From Octopus vulgaris (taxonomy: Eukaryota), in assembly GCA_951406725.2 (NCBI GenBank), contig OX597819.1:49166001-49230000 (forward strand): a DNA stretch of 64,000 bases, given 5' to 3'. The notes below the pieces were generated by a model. The model saw only the letters and a program-made list of their open reading frames with translations. It made no database searches and was not told the DNA's origin. A program made the position numbers and the translations under genes. Shown here in pieces: positions 28,631 to 43,733 of the stretch (position 1 is its first letter; each line of letters opens with the position of its first letter).

Positions 28631-29589
28631 AGGAGGGTCTCATATGTAACACAACAAGGAGTAATGTAACGTAAAGAAAAGTGCCTTACAAACAATGGTG
28701 GACTGACACCAGATTGAGAACTGAAGGGGAAGATACTGTTACATTAAGATTTGATCTCAATGGCAAGGAATAACCAGCATAAAACAACTATGCATTAGCA
28801 GCAGTAGGCCACCACCACCTCCTCCTCCTCCACCACCACCACCTCCTCCACCACAATCGCCGCCGCCGCTGCCACTGCCGCAGCCGCCGCCGCCGCCGCC
28901 GCCAACACCACCATCACCATCATCATCATCATCATCATTTCCATTGCCAAACTACTATTTTACCTCTTGTCCAGTCTGTGAAGCATTGGCCTATAGGAGC
29001 TGATTTATTAGTAATAAACCTTTCGACTTGCTTACAATGACATCACATTTTTTTTCCCTAGTATTTATCCATGACTATTATTCTGGAATTGGTTGGTTGT
29101 CTGCAGTACACAATTCCATTTAATTCCACTCATTATGTATTCTGTGCAAGAAAAGTTCCTCTATAGATTTGGTATATTACTTTTTAACTAACTTACAGGA
29201 ATTGCTTCTAATTGAGATGAATGGCAACAGATGAAGATTTCATGTTTGTCACGTCCATTTTTCTGTGCTATGATGATTTTATACAAATCTATTTAATCCT
29301 ATTTTGTACAATTTCAACAATGTTTGGTGAGATATAGTTGAATCGATTAGACTGCTGGACAACTAGTGGCTAGATTAGCAATGCGTGTCCTATCACTGCT
29401 TCTGAGTTGTTATTGCTGCTGCTGCTGTTGTTGTGGTGGTGGTGGCAGCAGTGGTGGTGGTAGTGGTGGTGGTAGTGGTGGTGGTGTGTGGTGGTGGTGT
29501 GTGGTGTGTGTGGTCAAAATTACTTGGCTTCATTTGTTTTTTAAATTGTTTTCATCAGGAAAAAAAGAGGATGTTCCAATGGACATTGT

Positions 29590-29880
29590 TGGCTGTCAGA
29601 GAGCAGAGAGAGTCAACATGGTTAATGCTCCCTTTTGAACAATTCAAGTCAATGGTTGCAGAAATAACATGAGCAGGGATCAAATTCTTGAGGAACGATG
29701 TTTTCGGAATGAAGAACATGGAACACTCAACAGTGTAAGATCCGGGGTGGGGGGGGGACATAATGTGGGTGACAAGAAAAGGAGAGACAAATAAGTTAGA
29801 AGTGCGTAGGGAAGAGACAACACATTGGTAAACCAGAAACTGGAGTATCAATAGCTAAGTCCATCAAGCTCTAGTCCACC
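29590..29880 (-). mobile_element. CR1-like LINE fragment, same family as 37040-37290
   Basis: FFIPKTSFLKNLIPAHVISATIDLNCSKGSINHVD aligns with the 37-kb copy; both share AAAAGGAGAGACAA. Confidence 0.65.
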
Positions 29881-30211
29881 TACATGGTATATACTGTGAA
29901 TGATGTAATGCACTATTTCCAACAGTGGCAATACTGCTGAATTGATGAGTATCTTAAGGTCAAGTAATGTTGTGTTTTACAGTCGTCGTCGTCGTCATCG
30001 TCATCCTCCTCCTCCTGCTCCTTTAATGTCCATTTTCCATGCCGGTATGGATTGGACAGTTTGACAGGAAACTTGTTAGATGGGGAACTGCGCCAAGTTC
30101 CAGTCTGATTTGGCATAGTTCCTATGGCTGGATGCCCTTCCTAATGCCAACCACTCCCAAAACGCTGTCTATGATAACAAATTCATATTCTATCAAAGAG
30201 GTAGAAATATT

Positions 30212-30499
30212 GGTGCTATGTCTTTTCGTCTGGCGTCACTTCGTCAAACATCTTTTTGTCCATGTCTTTTGGTCTGACATCTATTTGTCTGATGATTTTT
30301 TTGTCCAATGACAAATCCTATCAATAACATTCTCTATGATTATTTGATTTTGATGTTCACCTTGTTTTCTAAAGAGTTTATTTAAAGTTGGACAAAAAGT
30401 CATTGGACAAAAAATTCATTGGACAAAAAGACATTGGACTAAAAGGAGTGGACGAAGTGACGTTGGACAAAGTGACATTGGATGAAAAGTCAGGTCACA
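30212..30499. mobile_element. Mutator/Foldback-like MITE with ~15-bp subterminal repeats
   Basis: Inverted arrays of TTTTTGTCCAATGAC / GTCATTGGACAAAAA, imperfect TIRs, and a 9-bp TSD AGAAATATT at 30203-11 and 30500-08. Confidence 0.75.
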
Positions 30500-32042
30500 A
30501 GAAATATTTATCCTTCATATGCTTAACACTATAGAGAATAATTCTTGGCCTGTGGGTCATAGTGGAATAGTGAAAGAATTGTAAGGACAAAATCTTTTAC
30601 TTTTGAAATATTTGATAAGATGTAAAATGTCCATGAATATTATTATGCTTATGTTTAGAATACAATATTTTCTGCTAGCAAAAACAGGAATATTTCCACA
30701 TGGCAAGTATCAGATGCTATTGTTTTTATCTAAATTTTTACCCTATTGTTTTACCTAAATTTTGCCAAAAATAGTCACAGAGGACGAACCCTTTAGCATC
30801 CAAATTACTCTGTTAAATTTGATAATTATCTATTTCACATTGTTTTAAATTTATCATGCATTATCTTGTAGATTTGAAATTTCGATGATGTAATTGTGTA
30901 TTTTTAGAATGACATTGTAGGGTAGGTGTAAGAGGTCAAATCTTGATAGTTTGAACATAAAACAGGTAAAATATTTTGGCCAGATACGGTCAGTTTAAGT
31001 GCTAAAGTCTTAATGATTTGACAAAACCAATTACAATAATAAATGGTTGAGAACCACTTCATTTTATATATGCTGTTTACATAGCTTGTATAGAGACGTT
31101 CATGGACACAGTATGGTCAAATGTTTAGAAGTTTGCTTTGCACCCAATAAGTTTGGGGTTCAATCCCATTGTATGGCGTCTTGGGCAGTTACCTTTTAAC
31201 ATTGCATCTGACCAGCCTAAGCCTTGTGAGTGAAATTAGGTAGAAGGAAACTGCAAAAAAGCCTGTTGGTTGGAGTGTACCCATAATTCAAAGGCCATAC
31301 ACTGTATCATACTGATACTGCCTGAGAATTACATTAAGGGTGCAAGTGTCTATGGAATGCTCAGTCACTCACATGTTAATTCAATGAGTAGGAAATCAGT
31401 TGATTGAACAACTGAAATCTCATTGTTTAAACCAACCAAGATATTTATAGAAACATTTCCATTTATCATTTCACTTGTATTATTGTATGCTACTATGATT
31501 AGGATAGTTTTTTTCATATACACATATATCATATGTGTATGTGAATTATTGAAGCTGCTGAGATTCCTTTAAGCAATCAATATGGCTGGCAATGAAACTT
31601 ATTTCCAGCTAACAGACTAAATATGTCTTATCTCGTACCAGGATACTACATCTACAAGGTTTTAACCTGAAGTCACAAGTACACTGCTTTATAACCTTCC
31701 AACTATTGTTGTATTATATTTAGTATTTTAAAAGTCCGTTAATTGAAGCGGAAGATTTTATAGCCAAATACCATTTTATATGGCAAACATTCTATTATAG
31801 TAGTATCCATTTCCTTAGATGTGTCATACTCTGTTGCTGTTTAGGGAACCGTATCACTTTCATTAATGACAGCATTAACTTGAAGATATATATGACCCTT
31901 TCATTCCAAACAGAAGTGCTGTTTCATTTAATTTTGGAATAATGCCAAAAGTTTCCTTGTGGACAAATTTTTTGATGTTCCTGTTGGCATTGTGCTTAGA
32001 AAATTAAACCATAGCAATGAAAATTAAAAAAAATAAACTGAA

Positions 32043-32360
32043 TAGGTGCAGGAGTGGCAGTGTGGTAAGTAGCTTGCTTACCAACCACATGGTTCTGGGT
32101 TCAGTCCCACTGTGTGGCACCTTGGGCAAGTGTTTTCTACTATAGCCTTGGGCAGACCAAAGCCTTGTGAGTGGATTTGGTAGACAGAAACTGAAAGAAG
32201 CCCGTCATATATATATATATATATGTATATATGTCATTTTGAATATTATTTGAGAATTAGATTAAATATAGAAAAACTTTAAAATGCAAGACTAGTCTTC
32301 TTGACTCATTTCTAAAACTTGGTTTTTGAAATAAAACATTAACAAGGTAAAAATACACTC

Positions 32361-32400
<40 letters not shown>

Positions 32401-32631
32401 GTATGTATGTATGTGTATATGTTTGTGTGTCTGTGTTTGTCCCCCAAAATCACTTGACAACCGATGCTGGTGTGTTTATGTCTCTGTAACTTAGTGGTTC
32501 GGCAAAAGAGACTGATACAATAAGTACTAGGCTTACAAAGAATAAGTCCTGGGGTCGATTTCTTTGACTAAAGGCAATGCTCCAGCATGGCCACACTCAA
32601 ATGACTGAAACAAGTAAAAGAGTAAAAGAGT
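32043..32631 (+). mobile_element. SINE family A with foreign insert in its microsatellite
   Basis: Full head and tail; extra ~135 bp at 32232-32368. Confidence 0.88.
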
Positions 32632-35525
32632 GAATATTCAACTATACACTATCTTACTTCCTAGTCTATGTAACATTAGCATAAAAGTATTCAGTTTGCT
32701 GGAAGGAAGTACCAGGCAACTATCTGCTATAGTTCAAGACTTACTGATAATTCTTAAATTGTTCAATTTTGTCATTTTGAATATTATTTGAGAATTAGCT
32801 TAAATATAGAAAAACTTTAAAATGCAAGACTAGTCTTCTTGACTCATTTCTAAAACTTGGTTTTTGAAATAAAAGATTAAATGCTCAACAGAATAATTAC
32901 AATTAGTCCATCACAACTTTCACCATGAATGACATTCAGGTGACCTTCTCTACATTTGACCTTAAAATTAAATAACTATACAACTGAGAATTACAATTAA
33001 CATATGTCAGTTTGACTTTAAATGAAGTTTAATTTGTTTCAGTATTTTAACCAGTTTGTGAAACATTCACAATAAGAAAAACAACTTTATTTTTTACTCT
33101 TTTTAACCAGTGAAGGAAATGTTGCTAATGAGTTAACAACTATCCACCCTTATATTTAGCTTGTATCTCACTTATAAAAGTAGTTCCCATGACTTAACTG
33201 AAATGAGTGACCCCTAATTAACTCGACATGATGTCGCCTCCTTGATTGTTGCAATAAGTGAATATGTAACTTAAATCAACTAACAAGATTCTTTTCTCTA
33301 TTATGTCTCACTAAATAATAAAACAAAACTATCCTTTCTATATATATATATATTGTTTGTGATATACAGTAAGGAAAACATAATCAATGTTTCTCCAAAC
33401 ATTTTAAAATCAGGTTAGTAGCTCATTAGTAAAGCATTGAAATAGCAACCACATGGTTCCATACTTTGATTCTATCAGATCTAACATTTTTTTTTCCTTT
33501 TGTCTGTTTGGAAATTAGATAAGTAGATTGATGAATATCATAAGTGGTAACAAGGTGGCAGATTAGCAGGGGTGTAAAAGCAGCAGACAGAATACATTTT
33601 GGTGCTTGTTCCAATCCTTTGCTTTCTGAGTTCAAATCCCATTAAGGTTAACTTTGCCTTTCATTCTTTTGAGGTTGATAAATACCAGAGACTTTCTCTC
33701 TCTCTCCCTCTCTCGCCCTCTCACCCTCCTTCACACTTTCTTTCTTTGTTTCCTTTTCTCTTTCTTTGACTCTTCCTTTCACCTCTGAATCATCTATGTT
33801 ACAGGAGCCAACAAGAAATGAATTTTCATATTAAACCTTTCACCATTAATCTGTAAAATCACTAAGAAAGAAAGAACAGGTAATGTTCAGATCATGAAAA
33901 GCTGACATTAGGCCCGTGCCATCTGTAAAATGAAGGTCCCATTTCAAACTAATTGTAAGTGCTAAATATACATGAATTATGTATAGGTTATGGGTATATA
34001 CATATGTAATTGGATTATGAGTATATACATGGATATGTACTTACAAATAACAAGCAATTGAATCTTAACAGGCAATTGAATCTAAGAGCTAAAAAGATTT
34101 ATAGAAAGGAAATACTTTTGCTTCCAACAAGGGAAAGTAGTCCCCTTCAAATCTGTAGGACTGTGCCAACAGGCCCACTTATCACCTGCTCTGTTGCAGC
34201 CTGGATGACCAACACCTTTAGAATGTTGGGCCTCATGGAGGCAATGATGAATGTCTGAGACCATTGGCATTATGCTGTGCTTGTGAAAGGCAGTGAGCTG
34301 GCAGAAATGTTGGCGTGCTGGGTGAAATGCTTAGTAGTATTTCATCTGACTTTACATTCTGAGTTCAAATTCTGCCAAGGTCGACTATGACTTTCATCTT
34401 ATCAGGGTTGATAAATTAAGTACCAGTTGCATACTGGGGTTGATCTAATCAACTGGCGCCCTCCCCCAAAGTTTCAGGCCTTGTGCCTAGAATAGAAAAG
34501 ATTATAATGTGCTTGAGAAGAAGACCCATCAAATCAAGTTAAATCACAGTCATGGCAGATACTGGTGTCATGCAAATGGTACCTGTGCCAGTGACACGCA
34601 AAAGTACCTATCACACTCTCAGAGTGGTTGGCGTTAGGAAGGGCATCTAGCCATAGAAACCATGCCAAATCAGACTGGAGTCTGGTGCAGCCTTCCAACT
34701 TGCCAGCCCTGGTCAAACAGTCCAACCCATGCCAGTATGGACAATGGACATTAAATGATGATGATGATGATGATGATGAATAAACTATTTGCATTTCAAT
34801 ACTGAAGAATAATAATTTCAAATTTCAGCACAAGGCTAGCAATATTAGGGGAGAGGGTCAGTCAGTTGCATTGACCCCAATTCTCAACTGGTACTTTATT
34901 TTATCAACCCCAGGAGGATGAAAGGTAAAGTTGACCACAACAGGATTTGAACTCAGAATATAAAGAACCAGAAGAAAAGCTGCCACACATTTTGTCCAAT
35001 GTGCTAATGCTTCTACCAGCTGAAGAATAATAAATTATTTGTCCCCATATTCATACTTTAACCATCAACATTTGATTCCATCTCGTTCTGCTGAGGTCGA
35101 CTTTGCCTTTCATTCTTTTGGGGTCGGTAAATTAAGTACCAGTTATGTACTGCAGTCATTCTAATCAACTGGTCCTCTCCCCCAAAATTTCGGGCCTTGT
35201 GCCTAGATTAGAAAAGAATATTTGATTCCTTCTGCACAAAATTCTAGAGCTGAATTGTTAATGTAGCCAGTCTTTTGGTAGTATAGTGGTAAATAGTCAT
35301 ACCTGTTATGCAGGAGACCAGGGCTCAGTTGCTCATCAGGGAGACGATTATACTAGAAGCACAAGGCGTGGCTATGTGGTAAGAAGCAGCATGGCACCTT
35401 GGGCAAGTGTTTACTATGTGAGACTCAGGCTGACCAAAACCTTGTGAGTGGATTTGGTAGACAGAAACTGAAAGAAGCCTGTAGTATATATATATATATA
35501 TATGTATATATGTGTGTTTGTGTGT

Positions 35526-35574
<49 letters not shown>

Positions 35575-37039
35575 TCCCCTACTGGTGATGGTGTGTTCAA
35601 GTCCCTCTGACTTACTAGATTGGCAAAAGAGACTGATAGAATAAGTACCAGCTAGGTTTAAAATAAAGTAAGTACTGCGACCAAATTCTTCAACTAAACC
35701 CTTCGAGGTGGTGCCAAAGCATGACCACAGACTGAAACAAGTGAAAGATAAAAGGTATAGTAATAGGAAAAAGATAACCATAACCTAAGAAATTGGGGAA
35801 TGAACTAAGATAAAATACTTTGAAATAATTGGTTGAAGAACATTTTAGTAATTTAAATCAGGGTTATGTAGTATGTTGGTGGGTGTTTTTGTGATTCATG
35901 CTTTCCTTATTTGGAAAGGGACTAAATTCTTGCATTTCTGTCTATGCTGAAGTGCTGCACAAAATTATGTGAACAGCAGAAGAGGTAGGGTAGACGAACT
36001 TGGGCAGCAGTAGATGAATTGATGAAGATGGAGAGAGGGAATGAAAGAGAAGGGGGAGAGAGGATGGAGAAGAGAGAGAGAGATGGGGAAGCAGGAGAGA
36101 GAGAGGGAAAGAAGGGGAGAGATGTAAAATGATATAGTTACCAAGGTAGACAAACGGATATACTAAATAAAGAAACATAAATAGACAGATAAAAACACAT
36201 ACAAAGGAAATAAATTTATAGAAAGATACATGTAAAAATAAAAAACAGAGGGACAAGTTGGGGAGGGAAAAAGAAATCTGATTTATAACCTGAAGAACAT
36301 TCATGATTAAGAGAAAACGAGTAAGATAAATTTGGGATTTCATTTCCAAAAGTAGTGTAACAAAAATATATCGATTGACTCATTCTATATTCTTGGTTCT
36401 GATGAAAACATGTTGAAAAGTAAAAGAATTACATACTTAAGAGAATTTTATGTATATATATATATATAAATATATATATATAAATATATATATCTAAAAT
36501 AAGATTTGTTTGAGATTTCAGCTGCTGTAATCTCATGCTCAAAGAAACCTGGGAGACACTGCAACAGGTGCAGGTGTGACTGTGTAGTAAGAAGTTTGAT
36601 CCTCAACCACATGGTTTTGGGTTCAGTCCCACTGCATGGCACCTTGGGCAAGTGCTTTCTACCGTAACCTCTGGCCAACCAAAAGCCTTGTGAGTGGCAT
36701 GTCATCCTTCTTTACGTTCTGAATTCAAATTCTACTTAAGTCAACTTTGCCTTTCATCCATTTAGAGTCGATAAAATTGGTACCAGTTAAGTACTGGGGG
36801 TTGATGTAACTGACTTACCCTTCTTTTGAAATTGCTGGTCTTGTGCCAAAATTTGAAACCAACATTGCCTCTCGAAGCAAAGAATAGAAAGTGCAGAAAC
36901 CCAAATATTTATTACAACATAAGACTGTATTAAATGAGGTTTAACATGGTCTAACAGAAATATATTTATTATTAATTTTACTTGTTTGATCTAGAGAAAG
37001 AAGCTTTGCTCATGGCCATTGCAGGATATCTGAGACTGT

Positions 37040-37290
37040 AGAGATTGATGTAATCAATGTTTTTCTTCAGTTGTTGCATGACAACACTAGCAGGAAAAAC
37101 ATGTGCAAGAAGATAATTCCAGTGAGTTGAAGTTTCAGGGAGAAAGAACTGGTTGTAGTAGCTAGTGCAGCACATTGGAGGATGGACAAGAAAAGGAGAG
37201 ACAAGTGTGTCAAAGAATGCCTTAGAAGGTGGCTTGAGACCAGCTGCTCTGAAGAGGAGAGGCCCACAATAATGGAGTTAGAAAAAGAAA
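37040..37290 (-). mobile_element. CR1-like LINE ORF2 C-terminal fragment
   Basis: CCTSYYNQFFLPETSTHWNYLLAHVFPASVVMQQLKKNID in ORF 36978-37175. Confidence 0.75.
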
Positions 37291-40219
37291 ATAGATTCTC
37301 ATATATTTTCTTTTTCTTGGGGTCAGAGGCCAGGGCATGTTGATGAACAATAACATCTTGGGGTGTAAATTAATGAAATCCTTGTCTCCATATCAATAGA
37401 GTGAAAATGAATGTATTCAAGTCTTCAATTTGAACCAATATAAATAGTCACAAGAGCTATAACATGACAAAGACATTGATATATCATTAACAGAATTTTC
37501 AGTAGTAGCCACTAATCAATATTAAAGCTGAGAAGGTTTTGCAGGACAATCTTTGACAAACTCATGACTGTGCATATTAAATAGAAGATGGAGTCCAGCA
37601 ATCTGGACAAGTCGTTTATTGATGTTTGTCTTACTGAAGCTAACAAGTAAAGAACAACACAAAATGATCTGAATATAATTAAAGCCTGGATAAAGATTTC
37701 TCAATGAGACAGAGACAAGAATTTACAAATACTCAATATTTTTTTTTTCTGATATAAAGATAGCAACTGCAGTAAATCTTATTGATGCAGTCATTGAGAT
37801 TCTGTAGAAAGTCTTAATGTATATCCATGTATTTTATGCTATTAACAAAACACAAGGTTTTATCAGCTTTAGTGGAAGTATTATGGATACACAAGTAATA
37901 TATGAAAGCTATGTCTAAGAATATTGTAATTTCTGCTTCTGATTCATACTTTTATTCGTTTGTATTTTGTCATCTAGTATGTCATTCTTAAAGGAGAATG
38001 AAGAAAAAGAAAACAGAAATGCCACTATTATTCTCTATCTTGTAAACAACCTAGTTGTAACAAACACCTTGTAATTATTTACTGTTATCCTTTTACTGTC
38101 TTCTATTGCTACTGTGCACATGGATGTGTGGGTAACAAGTGCGCTTTGAAACTAGATACTTTCAGGTTCGATTCTAGTATGTGATACTATGAAAATGGAA
38201 AATGTGCTTCTACTAAAGCCTTGGGTCAATCAAAGCCCTATGAGTGAACTTTGGCAGATAGAAACTATGCAGAAGCCTGTCTGAGGGGGGGGGTCCATTC
38301 CAGTTATTGAGTGATAAGTTGAATCCAGCACCAAGTTTAATCCTAGTTTCCTTTGGCAGAGTTCACTTTGTTGGAAGCATTTGAGTCAAGTCTCTGGACT
38401 AAAGATAACTTCTCCCCTCCCTCCCACCAGTCACAAGGGCCCAGAAATGGTTCATGCACACTGCTCTTCCTCATCTCAGTCAATAAGTAAATAATTCTTT
38501 CCATCATATGCTCAGGACTTGAAATTTTTGGGAAAGTCAATTACATTGACGTCAGTGCTCAAATGGTACTTACTTTATTGTCCTGAAAGGATGAAAGGCA
38601 AAGTTGACTTCATTGGAATTTGAACTCAAATGAAATGCCACTAAGCATTTTAACTGGTGTGCTAACAATTCTGCCAGCTCATTACTAGTCAATAAGTAAA
38701 TAATAAAACAGCAGTTGTTTGATCTGCTTGAAGCAAAAGCCAGATATCCTTTAAATTACATTCTACCACTTATGAAAAGAAGGACATATTAGAAAATGTA
38801 GTCCTAGTTATGATGATCACAAATAAAATGCTTTTTAGCGAAGGTATACTAAAATAGGCTGACCGAGGGTTAAACAATAGGCCTTCCTTCCCCATTTGGC
38901 ATAACTAGAGTTTGTACAACACAGAGTGATTTTTTTGTGTTTTCAGACCACCTCCCACAAAAAAAAAACAACAAAAAAAAACAGAACATAATACACTTCA
39001 AATGTGTCACTCCATAAAAATGCTGCCCAAGGCAAGCTGCTCCACCCTGTCCTTCTTTTAGCTATGCTTGTTCCCTGCTCTCAGTGAAGATTAAGAAAAT
39101 ACATAGTTTAATGAATTCAATTGCAAACAAATATTAAAATATGTTATAATCAAAAACCACAAAATGTGAGCTAGAGTTTAGCATAACAGTGACCAATTAC
39201 TCGGGTCAACTTTTAGTTGATAATTTTCCAAATGAAAATAAAAAACAACACAGCTGCAAATAAAGTTGACAGCCATAATTTGGGTTGCCTCCCTTCCACA
39301 ATTGTAAACCAAATATGATTTTTTTATATAGTGCATTAACATTTTGTTTTAGAAAAATAGAAAATTTTTCTTTTCTTTTATTCTCTTTAAACGTTTTAAT
39401 GTTTAACAAGGACTGGATTGTATTAAATGCAAAAGCTTTATGTTGTAAAATGCTATGCTCCATTAAAGATAATAGAATCTGTTTCCTAGGTAACCAAATT
39501 GGGGTTGGAGTAAAATATTGTACAAGAAATAATTGGTAGTGGCTTAGCAGAAATAGTTAAGCAGTGGTTAGAAAAAAAAAAAGACATTGTGGTATTATGT
39601 TACAGCTATTTACATTCAGAGCTCAAATCCCATTGAGGCCAACTCTGCTTTCCATTCTTTTGAGAGTCAATAAAATAAATGGAGATGTGGAGTGGGGGCG
39701 GGGGAGTTAGCCCTTGGTCAGCCCTTTTGAGTATACCTATAATGCAAAACATTTCATTTGTGATCATCCTGTTTTTTTTTTTTTATTCAGAATTAGTATG
39801 TCTTGGACTAGATTATCAAATATGTCCTTCTTTTCATAGGTGGTAGGATGTAATTTGAAGGAGATCTAGCTCTTATTCCTTGCAAGTCAAACAACTGTAT
39901 AGGGGCTTAGAATAGGAGTAGATAGGGGTAGATATATGGATGCATATACCTTACTGCTGAATAATTTCCATATCCTTATAAAGCATCCTATACATGAATG
40001 GTTGTGATGGTGGTGGTAGTGGTAGTAGTAGAAAAGAAGATGAAGATGATGATGATGATGATGATGATGATGACTAGAGCCTATACCAATGATACTGAGA
40101 CATACTGTGTGGTGTAATTATGTTTTCTTGTTATCAGTAGTGTTTGTGCTTTCTTACTATTGAAAGAGACAAGACTAGCATATCTTGACTGGGGACATCT
40201 TCCATACCACTCACACCCT

Positions 40220-40396
40220 TGTGTTAACATGTAGGATGTGTTAACATGTAGGGTGTGTTAACATGTAGGGTGTATTAACATGTAGGGTGTGTTACCATGT
40301 AGGGTGTATTAACATGTAGGATGTATTGCCATGTAGAGTGTGTTAACATGTAGAGTGTGTAACATGTAGAGTGTGTTAACATGTAGGGTGTGTTAA
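40220..40396. repeat. 17-bp minisatellite (TGTGTTAACATGTAGGG) x ~10
   Basis: Read directly from the sequence. Confidence 0.95.
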
Positions 40397-41025
40397 TTAA
40401 GGAGGTGGACTTGAAATGCAAATTTAAAACAAGTCACTGACACAAGCAGTTTTTTTGGTTCTTGTTTCTGTTGTATAAATTTGTTCTCTGGTATACATTC
40501 CTATCAATAAAACATATCTAAGCACATTTAATCCAGAGGTATTAAATGAGTTGATCTAATTAGCAACATAAATTTAACAGTCTTTTGGAGATTCTTTACT
40601 TTCTTAATCCCCTAATCGCACACCAGAAAGCAAGATCATGAATATATATATATATATACTTAATAAAGATGATAGCTAGTATTCACTTGTGTGATTGTTT
40701 ATAACTTGTCCTATATCTCCTGTGTATATAACTTATTTAACTTCACCTGCAAATTAACAATTCTTTTAATGAAAATGATTTTGTATCTATGTGTGTGTGT
40801 ATGCATGTACATATATATATTGTGTGTGTATGTGTATATATATATATATATATATACCACACACACACATGTGTGTATATATATATATATATATATATGT
40901 ATTTATATATATATATACCACACACACACACACATGTGTGTATATATATATATATATATATGTATTTATATATATATATATATATACCACACACACACAC
41001 ACACATGTGTGTATATATATATATG

Positions 41026-41067
<42 letters not shown>

Positions 41068-41926
41068 CATGTGTGTATGTAATTGATAATAGGAATACAC
41101 GTACATAAATGTATGATGTATGTATACATATACATATATATATGCACACATATATGAAAGTAAAAAGAAAATGTGTGTGTGCATGTATTTACATACATAT
41201 GTGAGTGTGTATATGTACATACACACACACACACACATATTCTCCATTTAGTTTGTTTGCATTTTTTTTCATTTTCCTTCTGGCCTTTCCATGGAAATAA
41301 ATAATATTATTGGTATCTAGTGAGCATACTCGGTGGGAAATTGGATCTATTTACTATTGCGCCACATAGGGTGATTTGCTTCTGGTCTAGAAATCAATTG
41401 GCAATTAATTTCAGACTCCCATAGAAAACCTAGAACGCAATAAAATAAAGAGGAAGTCTAAAACAAAACAAAAAAAAACAACAAAAAATATTAATTCAAC
41501 TGTAACAAACAACTTTTTTCATTCACTTATTCTCATCCTTTCCTTCTTTACACTTCCTTTTCCCCCCACTTACCCCATTTTCCTCTTTTATATAACCCTA
41601 CATAACAATTTTTTTTCACTTGCACACACCGTAATTTTTTTTTTCCCTCCGTTTGTGATTTTCACTTAACATAGACATTCTCACTATTAAATCTGTCTCT
41701 CGTTCTCTTGTCTTTCTTGTTCTTTTAATTTCGCTTTCTAATGAGTTTTATAGACACACTTTCACATAATCAGTCAAATTACAAATGATCTGTCTACCTT
41801 TCTCATTCTCAATACAAACACTATATATATGTGTATATATATATTACTAAACTTACAATTTATATGAAGGTAAATGCTAGAATACTTTTTCCAGTACATA
41901 CCTGTATACACATATATGTATTTATG

Positions 41927-41964
<38 letters not shown>

Positions 41965-42419
41965 GATATATGTGAACAAGCAAAGTCTGTATTTTTTGAA
42001 GCGTTGAGAAGTATTGAAATATACAGATATGGAAATATTTTATTCTCAAACACTTAATAATAATGCTGAATAGTATACATAGGATAGAACATCCTTACAT
42101 TGCATAAACATTTGTTAGCAGCCAGCCATGAGTACACACACACACACACACATACATATATGAATGTATATATACACATATGTATGTATGTATATTATAT
42201 ACTGTATGTAATGGCATAAAAAATGCACAGGCATATTAGAAAAACCCCAATTTCAGTAGCAGATATTCAGGGGAAAACATTCTTAGTGCATTAAAGCCTG
42301 TAATATAGGCCTAACTTCACATATAGAACCTGGAGTGAATTTTGAGACAACTTTGGGTAAAAAAAAAGTGTAATATGGCACACATACACATACATTCATC
42401 TATCTACCTGTCTGTCTGT

Positions 42420-42459
<40 letters not shown>

Positions 42460-42464
42460 ATCTA

Positions 42465-42530
<66 letters not shown>

Positions 42531-42544
42531 CGTTCGTCCGTCCA

Positions 42545-42584
<40 letters not shown>

Positions 42585-42598
42585 TCTATATACATATA

Positions 42599-43172
42599 TC
42601 ATCATCATCATCATCATCGTTTCACGTCTGCTTTCCATGCTAACATGGGTTGGACGATTTGACTGAGGACTGGTGAACCAGATGGCTGCACTAGGCTCCA
42701 ATCTGATCTGGCAGAGTTTCTACAGCTTGATACCCTTCCTAATGCCAACCACTCTGAGAGTGTAGTGGGTGCTTTTTACATGCCACTGGCACAAGGACCA
42801 GTCAGGCGGTACTGGCAACGGCCACACACAAATGTTGTTTTTACATGCCACCTGCACAGGATCCAGTCCAGCGGAACTGGCAACGACCTCACTGGAATGG
42901 TTTTTTCATGTGCCACTGGCACAAGTGCCAGTAAGGTGATGCTGGTAATGATCACATTCGAATGGTGCTTTTTACGTGTCACTGGCATAGAAGCCAGTTA
43001 GCTGCTTTGGCAACGATCACGCTTGGATGGTGTTCTTAGCGCTCCACTAGCACGGATGCCAGTCATCGACTTTGATTTCGATTTCAATTTCACTTGCCTC
43101 AACAGGTCTTCACAAGCAGAGTTTAGTGTCCAATGAAGGAAAGGTACCCATGAGTGGACTGGTTACACCTCT

Positions 43173-43177
<5 letters not shown>
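42599..43177 (-). mobile_element. (GAT)n-tailed retroposon family E (RTE-related)
   Basis: Family consensus ends CCATGCTAGCATGGAAAACGGACGTTAAAC(GAT)n and carries GGCGTTAGGAAGGGCATCCAGC and repeated GTGCCA.TGGCAC palindromes. Other copies at 3200-3430, 19826-20102, 29983-30157, 34255-34780, 43215-43410, 62770-62925. Confidence 0.75.
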
Positions 43178-43207
<30 letters not shown>

Positions 43208-43433
43208 TTATCATTATCATCATCATCATCATTTAATGTCTGTTGACCATGCTAACATGGGTTGGACTGTTTGACTGGGCTGACATGCTGGAAGGCTGCA
43301 TCAGGATCCAGTCTGATTTGGCATGGTTTTCTACAGCTGGATGCCCTTCCTAACACCACCCACTCCAAGAGTGTAACGGGTGCTCTTACGTGCCACTGGC
43401 ACGGGTGCCTTTGTGTGTGTGCGTGTGTGTGTG

Positions 43434-43572
<139 letters not shown>

Positions 43573-43733
43573 CTACCCATGAGGAATAAAATAACTTTGT
43601 TTTATATATATATATATGTATGTATATGCATATGCATGTATATATATATATGTGTGTGTATATACATATGCATATATATATATAAAACAAAGTTATCTTA
43701 TTCCACACGGGTAGAAATATACATACATATATA

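Noticed and set aside
28805-29510. GC-rich trinucleotide runs (CCA/CCG/CAT; TGC/GGT) as homopeptide-coding exons
   Set aside because: No splice sites or flanking coding signal; typical compound microsatellites.
40220-40396. CRISPR-like array
   Set aside because: No unique spacers, eukaryotic context, and no cas genes.
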